From positions 178,808,001-178,872,000 of the forward strand of contig OZ024741.1 of the NCBI GenBank assembly GCA_964016885.1: a stretch of DNA of 64,000 nucleotides, read 5' to 3'. This stretch comes from Eledone cirrhosa (Eukaryota). Within the stretch, counting starts at the first letter, position 1, and each line of letters begins with the position of its first letter. Below the pieces are notes generated by a model. The model searched no databases. It saw only the letters and a program-made list of their open reading frames with translations, and had not been told where the DNA came from. The position numbers were made by a program, and so were the translations under genes. This document shows, one piece after another, positions 57,301-64,000 of this stretch.

Positions 57301-57924
57301 GAAAAATAACTTATGATTGGACAATATATTCTCCATGCTCAAGATTCCTTTAATGAAATTTCTGTTTCTCATTTTTTTTTTATCTTGTACAACTTCTATA
57401 TTTTGTTGGGGTTTTTTTCAGCAATCTCATCTATTGAAAGAATTTATTTTTTTTTATTTTGTTAATTTAATTCTATTACGCATTAGCAGCTCGCAAAATC
57501 AAATTCCTGCGATAATAAGCGTGTTTAAATGGAGCATGATTTGAGAGAACTTGATTAACTCTGCTTACAGAATATTTAATATTTCGTTAACTTTGAAGTT
57601 GGTAATGTTTTAGGAGCAGTTTGTTTTGAAGATGTCAGTTTTGGTTTCCTTCCAGTTGGGCTTCCTGAAATTCAAGTTCATGTGAGCTGAGTCATGTTTT
57701 ACATTGTACAGAATAAAAAAAAACACACACACACGCACACATACACATATATATATGTATGTGTGAGTGTGTGTGTATATATATATATATATATTATTAT
57801 TACTATATATATATATATATGTATATATAGAGAGAGAGAGCGAGAGAGCGCTATCTATGTATCTATCTCTATAAATAAAGAAATATATCTCTCTCTATAT
57901 ATCTATGTACATAGATATATAGAT

Positions 57925-59120
57925 ATGTTTCTTTTATTTGCCACTAGGGCATCAAAAGTGGGACAAGTACAAAGGGGGGAGTTTACACAAAAAGGCGTCC
58001 TCAATAAGGAGGAGGCAATAACAAAATATAAAAATAAAATAAGATATAACAAAAAATAAAATTTTTAACAAAATCCTCAATAGAGAGGAGGCGCCTTGGG
58101 GGGTCGCACACACCCCCGAAAAAAGTGTGCAACCCTTCTCCTCAGGAGCACAGAGAAGGGGTGCTCCCTTGGTCTTTCATCTTCCTCACCTATAGTCTGA
58201 TGTAGAGTGAAGGCCCATTCACACGGGCCATTCTCGCCACTTTCACCCATCTTTCATAGAAACGGCTGGGGTGCAGCACCTCTCTCTCCATCCTGATCCT
58301 TCTTCCGAAATGATATCGGAAGAAACGGTACAGTTGTTGGCCAGAGAGAAAGGTGCCCGACCTCAGTCCTTTCAGACGCGTCCACCATACAACCTCTTTC
58401 GCCATGGCTATTACGCACAGAAACACCGCCTCTGCTTCATCTTTGAAGGGGGGAGGCGGCTTGATCATTACAATAGACTCGGTGGTCAACCGGATCGGTC
58501 CCACCCTTGACAGCAGTTGTTCGACATAGCCCCACAGATCGGCTACGCCCGAGCAGTGTACTAATGCGTGTGCAACGGTTTCCTCGTCGCACACGCATCT
58601 GGGACAGATCTTTTTGGCGGGGTCCCTACCCGGGCGCCCGTGTCTGTAGAGCCTTTCTCGAACGGGTAAAGCCCCTCGGTAGCACTGCCAGGCCAGGGAC
58701 TTCTGGAAGTTGTCCATAGGTCCCGGGCTGAATGTCCTACCGAACAGGCTGGCCAGTTCGTCCTCCTCCATGTCTAGGGCTTCTCCGAGGGCGTCGTCGC
58801 ACCTGCTGCGTACCAGCCCTCTATAGAATGTTGCGGTGGAGTCTCCACTGATAACCGGATCCGCCTGCCAGAGGGCGGTGAGCGCCTGGGCACACTCAGT
58901 GTGCCAGGCGCCCAGTTTTCTCGGTCTTTGCTTGACCCAGGATTGCAGCTCGGTGAGTGAGACGAGTCTGGGAAAGGTTCGTCTCACAAACGAGGCCCAC
59001 ACCGGTTGTCCGGTGAGGAATACGTAGAGGTGCCGTAGCCTTAATGCGTGTTTACGCATCATTAGCCACGGCATCCCCAGCCCTCCTTTCGAAGGGTGTT
59101 GACAGCAGATGGATCTCCTC
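57925..59120 (-). mobile_element. 5'-truncated Tx1/L1-like LINE; open C-terminal ORF2 segment with CCHC-type zinc motif, plus 3' UTR
   Basis: KGGLGMP...WQCYRGALPVRERL...CPRCVCDEETVAHALVHC. The first about 37 aa of the listed ORF are microsatellite read-in. Confidence 0.88.
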
Positions 59121-59180
59121 ATATCAGTATATGTATATATATATATATTTATATGTATACATATATAATTATATACGTAC

Positions 59181-59211
<31 letters not shown>

Positions 59212-59229
59212 TGGGGAGAGAGAAATACA

Positions 59230-59347
59230 TACATACCTACATACATGATGATGGCTGCCCTCTCGTTATCGAGTATGGCCATTGCACGAGAATAAAAAAA
59301 AAATAATAAAAAAATTTAAAAAAAATAAAAAAAATAATATAAAATAA

Positions 59348-59401
<54 letters not shown>

Positions 59402-59512
59402 AAAAAAAAAGAAATATATATATATATATATATATATACATACATACATATATACATACACACATACATACACACATACACACATACACACACACACACA
59501 TACATTAATAAC

Positions 59513-59543
<31 letters not shown>

Positions 59544-62500
59544 GCAATAATAATAATAACGACAACAACAATAATAATATACATATTCATATATATATAC
59601 ACACACACGCACGCACATAAGCATATCTACACACACACACACACACGCGATAACAACTAACAGTGCTGCGATCGAATGTGGCTTTTTAGCCCAGCCAATG
59701 ATCTACAATGTCTTGCACAGAGTCGGCAACCAAAGCATTCACTGGGAATAGTCGGCTGTGGTTGGAGTTCGTGTACTTTTGCATGTCGCTTGAGCCCTCT
59801 TGCTGATTTACATTCTCTACCACATGTTTGGCAAGCATGATGAGTAGCATCTCCAACAGCAGCCTGGTAGTCAACCACTGGTCTTACTTTATGACTGCGA
59901 AGATGACTTTCGAGTCCAGCTTTGCTTAGGCAGAGTCTCGCACAGACGCTGCATGTCAGCACCATAGGAGGACCCTCGCCGTCTGGAAGTGCAACAGCAA
60001 TGCCCTTCCTCACATCCCGCTTTACTTTCTCGTGTGCGATTCGAGATGCCTCAAAGGCAACTTTTCCCTCATGTACAGTCTTTCTCCATTTATTACGATC
60101 AGCAGCAATATTTTCCCATGTATCAGCAGAGATGTTAGCGTCTTTCAGAGAGGTTTTCAAGGAATCCTTATACCTCTTTTTTGGTTTATGTGGCGGTCGT
60201 TTTCCTTTAACCAACTCTCCATAGAAGAGTTGTTTTGGTATTCTAGAATCCTTCATCCTGGCAAGGTGACCACTCCAACGGACGGAGTCGTTGCTTAAGC
60301 ACAAGAGCTTCCATACTGTCACACATAGAGCTTTCCAAAATCTCGACATCACTGATGTGGTCCCTCCAGTGAACGCCATGGATCCGTCTGAGACACATCT
60401 GATGGAAACGCTCCAATTGCTTAAGGTGGTGTCGATATGTGACCCAGGTCTCGCAGGCATAAAGAAGACAAGAGAGTACACATGCCCTGTACACCTTTAC
60501 CTTTGTCCTCCTGCATATGTCTCGCCGACCCCAGAGTCGCCTTTCTAGCTTTCCGAAAACACCACTTGCTTTCCTAATCCTAAGTGAGATTTCACTGTCA
60601 AGGTTGCCGTATCGATTGACAGTGCTTCCCAGGTAGACAAACTGATCAACCACTCCAAGTCGTTTGCCATACACATAGATGTTTGGTTCAGTGTACTGCT
60701 TACTAGGGGCAGGTTGGTACATGACGACGGTTTTCTTGAGACTGACAGTCAAACCCAGGGCAGTGCAAGCGTCAGAAAATGCATTCAAAATGTGCTGCAT
60801 ATCACTCTCTGTGTGCGCTACAAGATCGCAATCATCTGCATACAAGAGGTCTCTTATGATTGATGTAAATACTTTTGTCTTCGCAGCAAAGCGCCTGATG
60901 TTAAATATGCTGCCTGAGGTTCGATATCGGATGTAAACACCATGCTCGCAATTCCTGAATGCAATACAGAAAACCATTGCAAAGTATATAGCAAACAGGG
61001 TCGGTGCTGGAATATCCCCCTGTTTCACTCCATTTTTTACTGAGATAGGCTCCGACATGTTACCTCCGACATTAACCCAAGCCTTCATGTCGTCATGGAA
61101 AGACCTAACTAAAGCAAGGAACTTATCAGGGCAACCAAGTTTCTGGATAACCTTCCATAATGCCTCTCTGTTGACAGTATCGAAAGCCTTTGTCAGATCG
61201 ACAAAAACCTGATACAGATCCAAGCCTTGTTCAATGTACTTCTCCTGGAGCTGTCTAGCTGAGGAGATCATATCAGTAGTGCCGCGTCCAGCACGAAAAC
61301 CAGATTGACTTTCAGGAAAAACACAATCTGCAATGTGTGTCAGCAGACGGTCCAGAAGCACCCTACATAAAACTTTCCCTACGACAGAAAGCAATGATAT
61401 ACCTCTGTAGTTCCCACAATCATTCCTGTTACCCTTTCCCTTGTACAAGACCACCATTACTGCATCTCTCCAGTCCTCAGGTACGGATTCATTAGCCCAT
61501 ATCCTTCCAAACAAAGAGTGCAGATGTTGCAGGAGTCTCTCACCACCATATTGTAGGAGCTCAGCATGTATGCCATCCATACCTGGAGATCTTCCACTGT
61601 TCAGCTTCGAAATAGCCACTGCAACCTCCACAAGCGTCGGAGGTTCTGCGAGAGCTACTTTCACAGGACTTTCTGGAATGAGATTGAGGAAATCTTCACT
61701 GACGACAGACGGCTGATTCAAAAGATCATCAAAGTGCTCTCGCCACCTTCGTAGAATTCCCTGTGAGCCACGAAGAAGTTCTTTGCCATCCTTGCTGCGA
61801 AGCGGTGTCACCAGAGAAGAAGACGGTCCATAAACCTCACGCAAGAGACTGTACAACAGCTTTGTGTTATTGGAATCAGACGCAGTTTGTATCTCACCAG
61901 CCTTCTCACTCCACCACTGATCCTTCATCTGAGAAAGACTCCGCCTAACACGTTATTTTACATCCCTGAGCTCCTCATGCAACGTATTCCTCTCCTGTGG
62001 TTTTGCCGTCAAGTAGCGTGACAGAGCACGCCTCTTATCAGCCAACAAGTCTTCTATGTGTACATCATTCTCATTAAACCAGTCCTGATGTTTTATCTGC
62101 ACCAATCCCAGAACACGCCTGCCTACATCATAAACCGACTTTTTAAGGGTCGGCCAATCCTCACCAAGATCTGCAGCCTGCATCTCTTCTTCCAATGTCC
62201 TCTTCGCATTTTTATCCTTAAGACGAACAGCATTCAATCTTTTGGGCAGGGTAACACCAGGAGCCCGGATTTTACGTTTGGTGATTAGTTTCACTTTTGC
62301 GCGTACCAGGCGGTGGTCCGTCCAGCACTCAGCTCCACGAAGAACACGAACACACTGCACATCCTGTCTGTCACGCATCCTGACTAGGACGTAGTCCAAA
62401 AGATGCCATTCCTTAGATGCAAGATGCATCCATGTGGTCTTGAATTTGTTCTTTTGTTGGAACATGGTGTTGGTAACGCACAGATCCAGCTCCTCACACA

Positions 62501-63575
62501 TCTGCAGCAGGAGCATACCATTGCTGTTACACTTTCCCACCCCATGCCTTCCGATTACATTCCATGTGTTAAAATCCCTACCCACTCTAGCATTAAAGTC
62601 ACCAAGCACGATGACTTTGTCTGCCTGAGGGATATTTCTTAGAACACCTTTCAAGGCATGGTAAAAGGGCAGTTTTTCTTCATCGACAGAATTCATAGTT
62701 GGAGCATACACACTCACCAGGGTAGCATATCTTCCTCTTTCCAGCGGAACTCTCATGGACATAAGACGCTCACTAATCCCTACTGGGAATTCTTCTAATT
62801 TATTGACAAGTACAGTCTTAACAGCAAATCCTACCCCAGCCTCTCTTCTGGTTCCTTCATCTCTTCCTTTCCAGAAGAATGTATATTCTCCACAAAATTC
62901 CGTAAGATGACCATCTCCAGCTAACCTCGTCTCAGATAAAGCCACGATGTCAAGATCGTAACGTCGAAGCTCCTTTGCAACAAGAGCGGTCCTTCGTTCA
63001 GGACGCTTCAAGGAATCCCTGTCAAGCAGCGTCCGTACGTTCCAGCAGCCAAGACTAAATGCCTTGTTTGGCTCTATTACAATGGCACGATGACGAGCGG
63101 GCCCAAGCTGTGATAACTTGGGGCCCCTGTCCTTACTGCCAATGATCTTTTTTGTTCCAGAACCTAAATTGCCAATTATCTCTTTTACATTGTTCTGGAA
63201 CATCATTGAATTGGAAAAAAAAAAAAAAAAAAAAGTAATAATAATAGTAATAATAATAATAATAATAGTAGTACACTATTAATAATTATTAATGCACTCG
63301 TGCAATGCCTGTGCGTGACGAATATTTTTAAAGTGAAGAAAGACTGTGCACTGAGCCAATCCCACTCTCTGAGCGACAGTAGCTATAACCCGAAAAGAAG
63401 AAAAGATCAACATCATCGGTAACTACTGAGCCGCAGGTTTTATATCGGAATTAACCCAGTTTCCTGAGATGCCTTCTCCTAGAAGAATGCCCTGACAAGG
63501 GCTAGGGGTTCTTCACTCCCAGTGGTTTAACTGCGCGATCGGGCATCCAGCCCGATTATTTCTATGTCCCCGCGC
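59230..63575 (-). mobile_element. Near-full-length RTE-clade LINE (APE, RT, three C2H2 fingers); one in-frame stop and one 4-nt frameshift
   Basis: WNVRTL, LSETR, YAPT, GDFNARVG and TDHRLV (APE). YRGISLL, FVDLTKAFD, GVKQGD and YADD (RT). ORFs 61953..63206 and 60243..61928 share a frame, and a CCGT duplication near 60280 shifts the frame. The 3' end has a CTCG-ATAA-CGAG hairpin and a short-repeat tail. Confidence 0.95.
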
Positions 63576-63743
63576 AAAAAAAAAAAAAAAAAAACTCACT
63601 TAATGACACTTATACGTACGACATACACACACACACGCATACATATGCGCGCACACAGCAACACATACATACAAACAAACACACACACACACGCTACTCT
63701 ACTCACTTACACGCACACACACACTACTCTACTCACTTACACG

Positions 63744-63816
<73 letters not shown>

Positions 63817-63921
63817 CCGTCATTACTGATACAAGATTACAAGATTATGTCAACTGTTGACTTTCAAGAGTTTGTATAGTTGAAGCCGATCGTATTACAG
63901 TCCAGTATTATTATAATTGCT

Positions 63922-64000
63922 TTACAGCATAGAGTTATGGCTCTCCACGCTCTGAGCTCAAATCCCGCCGAGATCAACCTTGCCCTTCATCCCCACGAAG
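63922..64000 (+). mobile_element. tRNA-derived SINE, runs off the window
   Basis: GCATAGAGTTATGGC...GAGCTCAAATCCCGCCGAG...CTTCATCC. Confidence 0.7.

Overview
This is AT-rich, microsatellite-dense animal DNA. The SINE types and (TA)n load suggest an octopod cephalopod, which is an inference. I cannot support any host protein-coding gene, and almost all short ORFs in the track are microsatellite translations. The window is a retroelement graveyard. It holds a near-full-length RTE LINE (59.2-63.6 kb, -; one stop and one frameshift), a near-full-length R4/Dong RLE-type LINE in a (TAA)n tract (41.8-45.8 kb, -) with relatives, Tx1/L1-like, CR1/Jockey-like and RTE fragments, a Neptune-like Penelope relic, more than 25 tRNA-derived SINE copies, a Helitron-like element and a hAT MITE. 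The most striking pattern is about a dozen short fold-back elements from several sequence families sitting in (TA)n tracts. They share an 'inverted arm + arm + 60-100 nt tail' layout, and many carry minimal type-I hammerhead ribozyme cores, some intact and some with unusually long, covarying stem II inserts. They are most simply read as minimal Penelope-like (pLTR) insertions. Two further signals are a similar structured 5' leader shared by the unrelated R4 and RTE LINEs, and an 11-bp 5'/3' UTR complementarity in the RTE element. All folds were derived by eye and element boundaries are approximate.
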